Assembly: GCA_964570935.1 (NCBI GenBank)
Contig: CAZMZP010000050.1
Location: forward strand, 891-64,890
Direction: 5' to 3'
Length of the DNA stretch: 64,000 nucleotides
From: an uncultured bacterium
GTDB lineage: Bacteria > Eisenbacteria > RBG-16-71-46 > JAFGJU01
Position 1 is the first letter of the stretch. The number at the start of each line of letters is the position of its first letter. This document shows, in pieces, positions 9,776-18,815 of the stretch. The notes under the pieces are model-generated. The model did no database searches, was not told the DNA's origin, and was given only the letters and a program-made list of their open reading frames with translations. The position numbers and the translations under genes were made by a program.

Positions 9776-10747
9776 CTAGACCTCTATGTTCACGATTTTA
9801 CGTATCCAGACGTACCCGATTACCATCAAGGTTCCAGCCACGCCCAGCATCAGCCGTCCGGTCGAGTCCTTGAAAAGGAACATGATGTAGCTCGGGTTGA
9901 TGAGCATGATGATGAGCCCCACTGTCACCGGCAGCAGCGCCAGCACTATCCCGGACAGCCGTGCGTCGGCGGTCAGAGACCGCATCTGGCCCAGGATCTT
10001 GAACCGCTCCCTGATTGTGTAGCTGATCTTCTCGAGGATCTCCGCCACGTTGCCGCCGGTCTCTCTCTGGATCACCATGGCAATGACGAAGAACCTCACG
10101 TCCATGCTGTCTATCCTGTCGGCCAGGTTCATCAGGGCCTCTTTGAAGCTGAGCCCCAGATTCTGTTCGTCGAAAGTCTCTTTGAACTCGGACGACACAG
10201 GGTCGGGCATCTCGTCCGCCACGAGCTGTATCGCGCCGGTGAATGCGTGGCCGGCCCTCAGAGCGCTGGTCATCAGGTCGAGGGCGTCCGGGAACTGGCT
10301 CACGAAAGACCTCACTCTCTTCCTCTTCCTCCGCACGACGTTGAGCGTCGGCAGGCAGCCCAGGGCGCCGCCGCCGACTATTGCGGATATCACGCTCCGG
10401 CCGATGAAGTAGCCGAGCCCGGAACCCGCAGCCACGAAGACCAGCGTGAACAGCAGGAGCTCGCCCACGCGCATGGGCGACTCAGCCTGCCTGAGCAGTC
10501 TGTCCAGCTTGTGCGCCAGCTTGACCTTGGACAATCCCTTGTGCAAAGCCGGGATCTGGCTCATGAGCTCGTCCCGCAGGATGCTGGCGGAGACCAAGGC
10601 CTCCCTGCCGTGTTCCTTGCTCAGGGCGCTCAGCCGTTTCCTCATCCATGCCGCGCGAGTCTCCGGCGAACCCCTCCCCGCGAGCCCCAATGAGAGAAAC
10701 AGGAATGCGACTGCGAGGAGTACCAGTACGGATACTACGATGAGCAA
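9776..10747 (-). CDS. tadB: Flp pilus assembly inner-membrane protein TadB (type II secretion system F family)
   Basis: 323 aa GspF-like platform protein directly downstream of the CpaF ATPase gene. Confidence 0.8.
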   Translation of the reverse strand: MLIVVSVLVLLAVAFLFLSLGLAGRGSPETRAAWMRKRLSALSKEHGREALVSASILRDELMSQIPALHKGLSKVKLAHKLDRLLRQAESPMRVGELLLFTLVFVAAGSGLGYFIGRSVISAIVGGGALGCLPTLNVVRRKRKRVRSFVSQFPDALDLMTSALRAGHAFTGAIQLVADEMPDPVSSEFKETFDEQNLGLSFKEALMNLADRIDSMDVRFFVIAMVIQRETGGNVAEILEKISYTIRERFKILGQMRSLTADARLSGIVLALLPVTVGLIIMLINPSYIMFLFKDSTGRLMLGVAGTLMVIGYVWIRKIVNIEV

Positions 10748-10783
10748 GTGCGTCTCCTCTCCCTGAAGATTACTCCGTGACCC

Positions 10784-12133
10784 CTAGACGTCGTCAAAGA
10801 TGCCCGGAGGAAGGTGAACTCCGGCCACGAAGAGCCTCTCGGCGAACTTGGGCCTTATGCCGGTGGGCTTGAACCTCCCCAGGACCGTGCCGTCCTCGGA
10901 CACTCCCAGACGTTCGAACACGAAGATGTCCTGCATGGTGACGACGTTGCCTTCCATGCCTACAATCTCAGCCACGTTCGTCACTCTTCTTCTTCCGTCA
11001 GTCAAACGGGCTATCTGGACTACCACGTTGAGCGCCGAAGCGATCTGCTCGCGGATGGCCTTCTCCGGGAGCTCCAGCCCGGCCATCAGAACCATGGTCT
11101 CGATACGACTCAGCGAATCGCGAGGCGTGTTCGCATGGACGGTCGTCATCGAACCGTCGTGGCCGGTGTTCATGGCCTGGAGCATGTCCAGTGCCTCGTC
11201 GCCTCTGACCTCTCCCACGATTATCCTGTCAGGCCGCATACGCAGGGCGTTCCTGACGAGGTCTCTCTGGGTGATGCGTCCCCTGCCCTCTATGTTCGGC
11301 GGCCGCGTCTCGAGCCTTACCACGTGCTCCTGCTGGAGCTGGAGCTCAGCCGCGTCCTCTATGGTCACCACTCTCTCCTCTCCGGGCACGAACCCGGACA
11401 ACACGTTCAGCAGAGTCGTCTTGCCCGCGCCGGTTCCGCCGGAGATGAGGATGTTGAGCTTCGCCTTGACGGCGCCCTTCAAGAGCTCCAGCATGGCCGG
11501 AGTCATGCTCTCGAAGGTCAACAGGTCGTTAGCGGTGAGCGGATTCGCCCCGAACCTTCGAATCGACAGCACCGGGCCGTCGATAGACAGCGGCGGGATG
11601 ATGGCATTCACTCGAGACCCGTCCGGGAGTCTCGCGTCCACCATTGGGGAGGACTCGTCCACTCTCCTTCCGACCGCGGCCACTATCCTGTCTATGATCT
11701 GCCTGACGTGGTTGTCGTCCTTGAACTTGACTCCCGTCAGCTCCAGCTTTCCGAACCTCTCGACGTACACCTGGTCGTGGCCGTTGACCAGGATGTCGGA
11801 GAGGGTCGGGTCCGCCAGAAGCGGCTCAATGGGGCCCAGCCCCAGAGTCTCGTGGACGACTTCCTCTGTGAGCTTCTCCCGGTCGGCCCTGCTCAGCGGA
11901 AGGGTCTCGCCCGCTATGATCGCCTCGAGCGCGAGCCGGACCTGCCCGCGGAGCTGGTCCTGCGGGATGGTGTCGATGGTCGCGAGGTCGAGCTTCTCGA
12001 TGAGCTTGTGATGCACTCTCGACTTCAGCTCCTGGTAGGCGTCCCTGGTCTCGGGCTCCGCCCCCCTGTACCCGAAGCGTTCCATCTTCACCTTCGGCGT
12101 CTGCTGACGCCCGAGTCTTTCGAAGAGTGCCAT
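10784..12133 (-). CDS. cpaF: Flp pilus assembly ATPase CpaF/TadA
   Basis: 449 aa; Walker [14 protein letters not shown]; type II/IV secretion NTPase motifs. Confidence 0.9.
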   Translation of the reverse strand: MALFERLGRQQTPKVKMERFGYRGAEPETRDAYQELKSRVHHKLIEKLDLATIDTIPQDQLRGQVRLALEAIIAGETLPLSRADREKLTEEVVHETLGLGPIEPLLADPTLSDILVNGHDQVYVERFGKLELTGVKFKDDNHVRQIIDRIVAAVGRRVDESSPMVDARLPDGSRVNAIIPPLSIDGPVLSIRRFGANPLTANDLLTFESMTPAMLELLKGAVKAKLNILISGGTGAGKTTLLNVLSGFVPGEERVVTIEDAAELQLQQEHVVRLETRPPNIEGRGRITQRDLVRNALRMRPDRIIVGEVRGDEALDMLQAMNTGHDGSMTTVHANTPRDSLSRIETMVLMAGLELPEKAIREQIASALNVVVQIARLTDGRRRVTNVAEIVGMEGNVVTMQDIFVFERLGVSEDGTVLGRFKPTGIRPKFAERLFVAGVHLPPGIFDDV

Positions 12134-12136
12134 TCT

Positions 12137-13324
12137 CTACCTCCTCAGGAGCTTCGCCAGCGAGCGTTTCTTGGGGGCTTCCGCCTCGATCTCTTCCTCG
12201 GGGCCCATCCTGCACATTGCGTACGCCAGCTCGCGCAAATTCACCGTCACTGGCGACTGCGGCGCGGATTCGATCAGAGGCACCCCCGAATTGATGGAGT
12301 TGCTGACGCTCGCGTAGTCGTTCGGTATGCGCCAGAAAACGGGATACTCAAAGCTCTTCTCGAATTTCTCCACGACCACCGACTTGTTCGGTACGAACCG
12401 GTTGAGCAGGAGCTTCACTTTGTCACGGCCGTAGCCCAACCTCTGGAATATCTCTATGCACCTCTTCGAGTTTCTTATCGCCGGCAGCTCCAGGGCCGAC
12501 ACCAGGAAGATCGCGTCGGACAGGTCGAGGGTCTCCACGCATCTTTCGTCGAACGTGTGCGACGTGTCGACGATCACGTACTCGAACATCGAACGCAGCA
12601 ACCGCAGCACCTGGCCTATCTGTTCCGCCGTGATGGCCTCCGCCTCCTCGGCCTGCTGAGGCTCCGCCATGACGTACGCGCCGGACGAATGCTGGACCAT
12701 GTGCCCCCTGAGAAGAGTCTGGTCCAGTTTCTCGTAGCTCCGCGCCACGTCGGCGATGGTGTAGGTGGGCTGCACGTTGAGGAACATGGCCGCGTCGCCG
12801 AACTGGAGGTCAAGGTCCACGACCGCGGCCGACTTGCCGCAGGCCTTGGCCAGCATGACCGCCAGGTTCACCGCGAGCATCGTCGTGCCCAGCCCGCCCT
12901 TGTTGCTGAATATCGTGATTATCTCGCCCGCCACCGTGCCCTGCGTCTGGACCTTTCTCATCACCTTTCGGATGGCGGCGACGACCTCGTCCTGGTCCAG
13001 CGGGCGTTTGAGGAACTCTTGTATGCCGGACCGCATGGCCTTGAGTATCACGTCCGGCTTCGTCTCAGACGAGACGGCGAAGATAGACGCCTGCGGGTAC
13101 ACCTCCACGATCTTGGCCGCGGTCGCCAGGTGGTCCTCCGCGGGAGACGAGATTTCCAGGAACACGATGTGCGGCCTGAACTGCCTGACCAGGTTGACTC
13201 CGACGCGCAGGTCGTCCGACTCCGCGCGCACCTGAGCTCCGGGCAGCTCCCGCAGAATGTTCTTGAGCGAGTAGTGAACGTCCTTGTCGCTGTCGATTAT
13301 GACAATAGAGATTTCGTCCAGCAT
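12137..13324 (-). CDS. cpaE: Flp pilus assembly protein CpaE/TadZ (pseudo-receiver + MinD/ParA-like ATPase)
   Basis: 395 aa; N-terminal receiver-like fold with Glu (FLEIS) at the phospho-acceptor position; deviant Walker A SNKGGLGTT. Confidence 0.8.
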   Translation of the reverse strand: MLDEISIVIIDSDKDVHYSLKNILRELPGAQVRAESDDLRVGVNLVRQFRPHIVFLEISSPAEDHLATAAKIVEVYPQASIFAVSSETKPDVILKAMRSGIQEFLKRPLDQDEVVAAIRKVMRKVQTQGTVAGEIITIFSNKGGLGTTMLAVNLAVMLAKACGKSAAVVDLDLQFGDAAMFLNVQPTYTIADVARSYEKLDQTLLRGHMVQHSSGAYVMAEPQQAEEAEAITAEQIGQVLRLLRSMFEYVIVDTSHTFDERCVETLDLSDAIFLVSALELPAIRNSKRCIEIFQRLGYGRDKVKLLLNRFVPNKSVVVEKFEKSFEYPVFWRIPNDYASVSNSINSGVPLIESAPQSPVTVNLRELAYAMCRMGPEEEIEAEAPKKRSLAKLLRR

Positions 13325-13330
13325 ACTTGT

Positions 13331-14626
13331 CTATTCCACCATCTGGTATGACCACGTGAAGCTCTGGTTGCCGTCGCCGGGCTGGCTTCCCTTGACACAC
13401 GAAATGGGCGCCCGCGTAAGCCTGGCGGTTACGACGCTGTGCCTGTCAACCCCCTCTATGAAGAATGCCACTATCTTTGTCACGACGATAGTGTTCCCCC
13501 TCTCCTCCGTGAGTCTTCCGGACTCCGGCCACATTCTGGGGTCGAAGACAGGGACAAATATTATCCTGGGGCTCTCTCCTATGTTTCCGCCATCAGAGGA
13601 GTGGTCCACGTTGTCTACTTCTTCACTCCAGAACGCGTCGGGATCCTGCTCCAGGATGTCCTTGGTGCCCTGGACCGTGGGTCCGACCATGTTGCCCGGC
13701 TCGCTCTCCAGGGTGAACTCCTCATTTGGATCGATGACCGTCGGGTTGCACTTACTGATGTTTTCTCTATAAGCGGCGGCGCCGCGGCGGGCCTCGCCAT
13801 ATTCCTCAGGCCACGGCAGGACGATGGGATTGAAGAAGCTAGCAGCAGGTCTGGTTTCCTGTGCGCCGAGCTTAAGAAAGACCTGCATTCCCACATTTCC
13901 GTCCGGCGGCAAACTGGGGATGTAACCGGCCTCGTTCGCCTGCGACAACGCTCTGTCGTAGTGCTCGCTGTCGTAGACCCCGTTCCCGTTCCCGTCCGTG
14001 AACGTTTCGCCCGGATCGTAGAGTCTATTGCCGTTGGAGTCGGTGAACTTCTCGCCGTTCCACCTACCGTTGTTCTGCCACGACGATTTTCCGGTCGAGT
14101 ATCCGGGAATAGGGGTCGTGTCGTCCCAAAGATCAGGTATGGTCCAGGGCTTGACGCAGCATGCAGTCGAGCTCGGGGTCACGAGGAGGACCGCCCTGGC
14201 CGACACGTCGGCGAAGGGAATCCGCAAGATCTTGGCGAAGAAGAGCGGCAGGCCGTTGTCTCTTGACCGCAACTTGCGGGCATACACGGTGAGTCTCTTG
14301 TCGGCGATTATGATGTCTTCTGCCGGCACTATGTACACTGACTCGTCGTTGCCGGCCTTGTGCCTCCCAGCCATCTCGATCACTCTGTTGGCGACTTCGC
14401 TCGACTTGGTCGGCTCCTCCAGGATCATGGCGCCCGCCGCGGCCAGGACGCAGGCGTCAGCCGCGTTCTGGAGCTGCTGCTTGGTGACCATGATGTAGCC
14501 TATGTCCACGGCGAAGGCCGCAAGGGCCAGCATGGCTATGATGAGAAAACCTATGAGGGGCAACACGGCCCCCCGCTGCGAAAACAATAGAGTCACACCT
14601 TTACCAGACTGTCTCATTGCGCTCAC
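13331..14626 (-). CDS. TadG-like pilus-associated protein (Tad N-terminal pseudopilin-like domain)
   Basis: 431 aa; N-terminal TM plus VDIGYIMVTKQQLQNAADA motif typical of the TadE/TadG N-terminal domain; large extracytoplasmic C-terminal region. Confidence 0.7.
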   Translation of the reverse strand: MSAMRQSGKGVTLLFSQRGAVLPLIGFLIIAMLALAAFAVDIGYIMVTKQQLQNAADACVLAAAGAMILEEPTKSSEVANRVIEMAGRHKAGNDESVYIVPAEDIIIADKRLTVYARKLRSRDNGLPLFFAKILRIPFADVSARAVLLVTPSSTACCVKPWTIPDLWDDTTPIPGYSTGKSSWQNNGRWNGEKFTDSNGNRLYDPGETFTDGNGNGVYDSEHYDRALSQANEAGYIPSLPPDGNVGMQVFLKLGAQETRPAASFFNPIVLPWPEEYGEARRGAAAYRENISKCNPTVIDPNEEFTLESEPGNMVGPTVQGTKDILEQDPDAFWSEEVDNVDHSSDGGNIGESPRIIFVPVFDPRMWPESGRLTEERGNTIVVTKIVAFFIEGVDRHSVVTARLTRAPISCVKGSQPGDGNQSFTWSYQMVE

Positions 14627-15811
14627 CTACTCCTCTCCAGATGCCCTCCCGGTGCCCGGCCAGGCAGGCACATCTGATGCGCTGTACGAGCCCACGATCT
14701 TCGGCGTCACCAACAGCACCAGCTCGGTCTCGTTCTGCATGAAACTCGTGCTCTTGAACAGCAAACCGAGAATAGGGATGTCGCCGAGGATCGGGAACTT
14801 CGAAACACCCTTTGAATCCTCTCTCGTAATCAAACCGGCCACGACGAGCGTCTGGCCGTCCTTGAGCTCTACCGTGCTCTGGGCTCTTCTCGTACGAAGG
14901 GCCGGTATCGCATACCCGCCCAACACTATTCCGTTGTCCCAGTCGAGAGTGCTCACTTCGGGCTCCACCTTGAGGCTCACCACGCCCGAATCCACGACCG
15001 TGGGCGTAAACTTGAGCTGAACTCCGAATTCCTTCCACTCTATTGTCACGCTGTTTCCGCCGCCGCCGGTCTGGAGTATGGGAACCGGTATCTCGCCGCC
15101 GGCCAGAAACTCCGCCTGATGTCCGCTTATCGCAACGAGGGTGGGCTCGGCCAGCGTGTTGACGACACCCTTCTTCTCCAGTGCCTTCAAAGCCGCTTCG
15201 ACGCCGTATGACGGGTGCGCCAGAGAAAGGTACGTGGTCACGCCCGAACTCAGGGTGAGAGGGATGGTAGGCGGTGTCACCTGGCCGGCGAAGCTTCCCA
15301 CGACGGCCTCCTGGAAGTCCTCACCGAAGATTCTAGGATTGAGGTCCGTGCTCACGAAGTCGACGCCCAACTCCTTCATGGCCGTCCTGTTCACCTCGGC
15401 GAACCGGACTTTGAGCATCACCTGCTGAAACGACGTGTCGGTATGAACGACCAGGTTGTAGAAAGTGGGCCTTTCCTCGCTGTCCCATACGACCAGGCTG
15501 GTCGTGCCCGGAGCCTTTCCGTTCACCAGGAGCTGCTTGGGAGAGGCCACCATGACGTCGGCTATGGCCGGGTCCGTCACCGAAACGCGCGTGATGTTCT
15601 CAGTGAACGTGATGACCTGTGATTTACCTACGATGACCTCCATCTTGAGGAGTGCGCCCGCGGGGACGACCGCGGCCGAAACGTCGCGAGCCAGACACGG
15701 TGTCAAAAGCAGCAGGCTGGACACAACCAGCCAGGCAAGACGTCTTCTGCTAAGCATGATCGCTGTTCTCCTCCATTCCCCGGCTTCCCTGGGAGGAAAG
15801 CTGCGGGTCAA
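14627..15811 (-). CDS. cpaC: Flp pilus secretin CpaC/RcpA
   Basis: 394 aa; signal peptide; secretin domain (TLVAISGHQAEFLAGGEIPVP, ETELVLLVTPKIV). Confidence 0.85.
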   Translation of the reverse strand: MTRSFPPREAGEWRRTAIMLSRRRLAWLVVSSLLLLTPCLARDVSAAVVPAGALLKMEVIVGKSQVITFTENITRVSVTDPAIADVMVASPKQLLVNGKAPGTTSLVVWDSEERPTFYNLVVHTDTSFQQVMLKVRFAEVNRTAMKELGVDFVSTDLNPRIFGEDFQEAVVGSFAGQVTPPTIPLTLSSGVTTYLSLAHPSYGVEAALKALEKKGVVNTLAEPTLVAISGHQAEFLAGGEIPVPILQTGGGGNSVTIEWKEFGVQLKFTPTVVDSGVVSLKVEPEVSTLDWDNGIVLGGYAIPALRTRRAQSTVELKDGQTLVVAGLITREDSKGVSKFPILGDIPILGLLFKSTSFMQNETELVLLVTPKIVGSYSASDVPAWPGTGRASGEE

Positions 15812-15845
15812 AACCGCACAAGATCAGCGCATGAACTGAGTATGT

Positions 15846-16727
15846 CTATCTCGATTGAGACTTGTCTTCAAATTTCTCCTCTGTCCTCTTCGAGCCCCGG
15901 ATCACCTCGACACCGATGGTCTTCTTCTCCGGCTTCGCGGCGGGCTTCACTTCCGCCGTGGTCCTCGCGGACGGCCTCGGCCGCGTGACTCTCACCGGCG
16001 CCGCCACTCTCTGAACCGGCTCGCTCTTAGAAAGCATCTCGGCGATGGTAGTGCCCTTCGTGCCTGCTGAATCCGAGTCCGCGGGGTTCCTCAGGATCAG
16101 GTTGATCTCGCCCTCGTGAGCGCACAGAGCAAGTTTCTCCGCCTCGCTCGGGGTCACCAGGAGCGTCACCGCGGTCGACTTGAGGGGTCTTCCCTCGGTG
16201 TCCTCGATCTTCTGGTCGACGGCCAGCACAGTCAGGTTTTGAAGTACTACCTTTCCCACCTGCTCTCTGCTCAGCTCAGGTCTTATCGTCACTACTAAAT
16301 CGATCTTGGTCTCGGGCAGCACGAAGCCGGCTACCCCGGACCAGACGTTGACGGGCACGGTCATGGCCCTCATTCCCTCGGGTATCAGTATGGCCAGCCC
16401 CCTGTTCATGCCGATGGGAACCAGCTTTGTCTCGAGGAGGGCTTCGCCCGCCACGACCGGCGACTTGACGACTCTGCCGTACAGATCCTGAGGCGACGTG
16501 GAGGCTCCCGCGGGGACTATCTCAACCGGCCAGCCGACGGCCTCGACGTTCGTCTCGTCCAGGACGCTGCCGAAGGGAAGGTCCTTGATGGCCACCACTA
16601 CCGGCTGCTCTGCGATCTTCTTCTCACGGATCATCTTGTCGTACTGGGCAAGGTAGCGATAAATCGCGACCGCTGCCAGGAGCCCGAAAACGACGGCAAG
16701 AATCACAACAACCCTGATTCTGGTCAC
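15846..16727 (-). CDS. cpaB: Flp pilus assembly protein CpaB/RcpC
   Basis: 293 aa; N-terminal TM anchor; SAF/CpaB-type domain; Ala/Pro/Lys-rich C-terminal tail. Confidence 0.8.
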   Translation of the reverse strand: MTRIRVVVILAVVFGLLAAVAIYRYLAQYDKMIREKKIAEQPVVVAIKDLPFGSVLDETNVEAVGWPVEIVPAGASTSPQDLYGRVVKSPVVAGEALLETKLVPIGMNRGLAILIPEGMRAMTVPVNVWSGVAGFVLPETKIDLVVTIRPELSREQVGKVVLQNLTVLAVDQKIEDTEGRPLKSTAVTLLVTPSEAEKLALCAHEGEINLILRNPADSDSAGTKGTTIAEMLSKSEPVQRVAAPVRVTRPRPSARTTAEVKPAAKPEKKTIGVEVIRGSKRTEEKFEDKSQSR

Positions 16728-16749
16728 TTGAAAAACCTCCGTCTCAAGT

Positions 16750-17163
16750 TCAGATTTCCCGACGCATGCTGCAGGAAGCTCTCAGGGGCAGTTCGTCCAA
16801 TCTCGGGAATAGATGCGCAAAAGAGGTGTGGAACGCAACGATGACGTTGACTGTGACGGGCACCCCTATGGACGGAGTGCCTTCAAGAACCACGTTCACC
16901 TGGATGTCGTCGTCAGGGATGTGGGAATCGTAGAGGACCTCCCTGACCTTCGTCTCCACGGTACCCAGGTTGTCTTCCACGTCGGGAACTATTGCTGCGT
17001 AGCGGGCCCCGACTCTCGCGGCGCCGTTGGCGACGCCCAGAAGCATCCACGCTCTGGAGAACTCAGCCATCGCGATGATCACCAGAAAAAGCATCATCGC
17101 GACTAGAGCGAACTCGACTACTGCCGCGCCTTTGTTAGATTGTATTCTTCGCACATGTCTCAT
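16750..17163 (-). CDS. tadE: TadE-like minor pilin/pseudopilin
   Basis: Start taken at MRHVRRIQSNKGAAVVEFALV (TadE N-terminal motif); the ORF-track extension to 17256 has no support. Confidence 0.65.
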   Translation of the reverse strand: MRHVRRIQSNKGAAVVEFALVAMMLFLVIIAMAEFSRAWMLLGVANGAARVGARYAAIVPDVEDNLGTVETKVREVLYDSHIPDDDIQVNVVLEGTPSIGVPVTVNVIVAFHTSFAHLFPRLDELPLRASCSMRREI

Positions 17164-17281
17164 CACATAACCAGCTTTCCTGATGTTGCAGCGCAGACCA
17201 CAGTGTCCCCCGGACGGGTTTCGGTCCTCTCGAACGGCCCGCCCGAGGGAATTCAACTGGGTTCGGACTGTGGTCTCAGCC

Positions 17282-17452
17282 TTACGGCGTTGCGCCGAGT
17301 GCAGTCGCGATGGCCTCGAACACGCGGATAAGCTCGTCTCTGAGCAGGATTATCGCGGCGATGACGGCGATCGCAACCAGGGCTATGAGCAGCGCGTACT
17401 CGGTTATCGCAGCACCCTTGTTACCCTTGAACAGATTCTTCAGGAACCTCAT
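17282..17452 (-). CDS. flp: Flp family type IVb pilin
   Basis: 56-aa ORF absent from the ORF track: MRFLKNLFKGNKGAAITEYALLIALVAIAVIAAIILLRDELIRVFEAIATALGATP; conserved G/xxxxEY processing motif and hydrophobic core; strong SD AAAGGAGGA 8 nt upstream; heads the tad operon. Confidence 0.75.
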   Translation of the reverse strand: MRFLKNLFKGNKGAAITEYALLIALVAIAVIAAIILLRDELIRVFEAIATALGATP

Positions 17453-17552
17453 TTCTCCTGTCCTCCTTTCACACGGCCTCTAACACTTAACTAATCGGCA
17501 GCAAAACCTTCACTCCTTACGTCTTTTTCTGACAACACCTCCTTGTGCGAAC

Positions 17553-17575
17553 CGCAATCACGCCTTGGGATTGCG
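17553..17575 (-). promoter_or_regulatory. perfect inverted repeat CGCAATC-N9-GATTGCG in the flp leader
   Basis: 7-bp perfect palindrome arms seen directly; shares the GCAATC/GATTGC half-site with the palindrome at 62185-62204. Confidence 0.3.
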
Positions 17576-17682
17576 TTCCCGTGGTTGCCGCCCGCACACT
17601 ATTGTAGCGGGCGAACCGCTGTCAAGTTAATTATGCCCTCCTTCGGTTTGCCGTGGCGCGACTGTCTTCGCGGGACCCAAAA

Positions 17683-17698
17683 AGCAAACCCTATGCCA
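17683..17698 (-). promoter_or_regulatory. candidate sigma-54 (-24/-12) promoter upstream of flp
   Basis: Minus strand reads TGGCATAGGGTTTGCT versus consensus TGGCACG-N4-TTGCW; GG and GC elements correctly spaced; about 230 nt upstream of the flp ATG. Confidence 0.35.
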
Positions 17699-17943
17699 CG
17701 GCCGCGCTTTCCAGAGCCGATTTTCTAACTGATTTGAGGGTAATGTGTTGCAGGCAACGGACGGCCGCCATTGATCTCTCAAAAACCCGCCTCAGCCTCT
17801 GTTTAGCGCGGCATTTCTGTCGCACTAGAGGACAATTATGCCCTGGCGGCTCTTGATGTGCTCGCGGAATTCGAGCGGTTTCGGCGGTCGTATCTTCTTC
17901 AAGGTCAGCGAATCACACCACCACGAGCCGCCGGGCGCGGTTC

Positions 17944-18801
17944 CTACGGCAGCAGGCCGGCCTGGCGCAGGAGCTCGCGAAGGGGCGCGAACTTGAACTC
18001 TCTCAGTAGGGTGTCCAGGCGGGCGTGTGTGCGACCCAGAAAGGCGTAGTGGTTCGGCCTCTTCAGCCACGACGTCACACGGGGCTGCCCCGGGTCCAGC
18101 TCCCAGGGGTGAACGCTCACGACCGCGGGCAGGCCGCCGGCGTTCAGACGACGCACCAGGAGCGCGGTCACGGCCACCGGGAGGAGACGTAAGTATGCGC
18201 CTGAGCCGAACGGCAGGTCCAGGCGGGCCACCCGACAGGTCGACATCGGGAACTCCACCAGGGTACCCGTCGCGATCCGCCGTCTGTGCGGGCTCACGCG
18301 CTCGCCCGGGATTCCGTAGACCTTGCGCCGTATGGGGTAGATGCTGGAGTCGTACAGGTGCCCGGTCTCGCCCAGGATGTCTAGGGCCCAGAGCGTGCCG
18401 GACACGACCGAGTAATTGGAGGCCCTGAAACCCACGACCGGGGCGCCGATGATGTCCTCCAGCACTGCCTTGGTTCTTGTGACCTCCGTTCTGAAATCGT
18501 CCTGACTCATGCGGTAAACAGGCCTGTGCGACCAGCCGTGCGAGGCCACCTCGTGCCCGGCCCGGAATATGTCCCTAACGAGCCCGGGGTGTCTATCGGC
18601 GTTCCAGCCTAGGACAAAAAAGGTGCCGCGCGCGCCGCGCGCGGCAAGCAAGTCGAGCAACCTACGAGTGTTGTCTTCCAACCGGGGCTCGTAGGAGCTC
18701 CACGAGGAGTAAGGGATGATGGACTCGAAGGACCTGACCTGGAAGTAGTCCTCGACGTCCACAGAGAATGCGTTGATGACGGATGGCTTGGTGACGGGCA
18801 C
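17944..18801 (-). CDS. polysaccharide deacetylase family protein (resembles the exosortase/PEP-CTERM-locus subfamily)
   Basis: 285 aa; N-terminal FSVDVEDYFQV and NodB-type motifs (HGWSHR); cytoplasmic (no signal peptide). Confidence 0.85.
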   Translation of the reverse strand: MPVTKPSVINAFSVDVEDYFQVRSFESIIPYSSWSSYEPRLEDNTRRLLDLLAARGARGTFFVLGWNADRHPGLVRDIFRAGHEVASHGWSHRPVYRMSQDDFRTEVTRTKAVLEDIIGAPVVGFRASNYSVVSGTLWALDILGETGHLYDSSIYPIRRKVYGIPGERVSPHRRRIATGTLVEFPMSTCRVARLDLPFGSGAYLRLLPVAVTALLVRRLNAGGLPAVVSVHPWELDPGQPRVTSWLKRPNHYAFLGRTHARLDTLLREFKFAPLRELLRQAGLLP

Positions 18802-18815
18802 GGTAGCTCCCTACG

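Noticed and set aside
10814-13351. 845-aa plus-strand ORF spanning cpaF/cpaE
   Set aside because: His/Arg/Leu/Asp-rich, no domain signatures; the minus strand carries the conserved CpaF and CpaE genes with Walker motifs.
17183-17494. 103-aa plus-strand ORF
   Set aside because: Antisense to the flp pilin gene and its leader; no support.
17603-17625. Perfect TTGACA and TACAAT hexamers on the flp coding strand as a sigma-70 promoter
   Set aside because: Only 13 bp separate them (16-18 expected), so a canonical sigma-70 promoter is unlikely. Kept only as a note in the flp-leader finding.
17775-17805. Rho-independent terminator after the deacetylase gene (CCGC...GCGG stem followed by TTTTT on the minus strand)
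   Set aside because: Only 4 bp of clean stem with a 17-nt loop; too weak to call.
17825-18070. 81-aa minus-strand ORF
   Set aside because: Overlaps the 3' end of the deacetylase gene in another frame; Pro/Arg-rich; no RBS.
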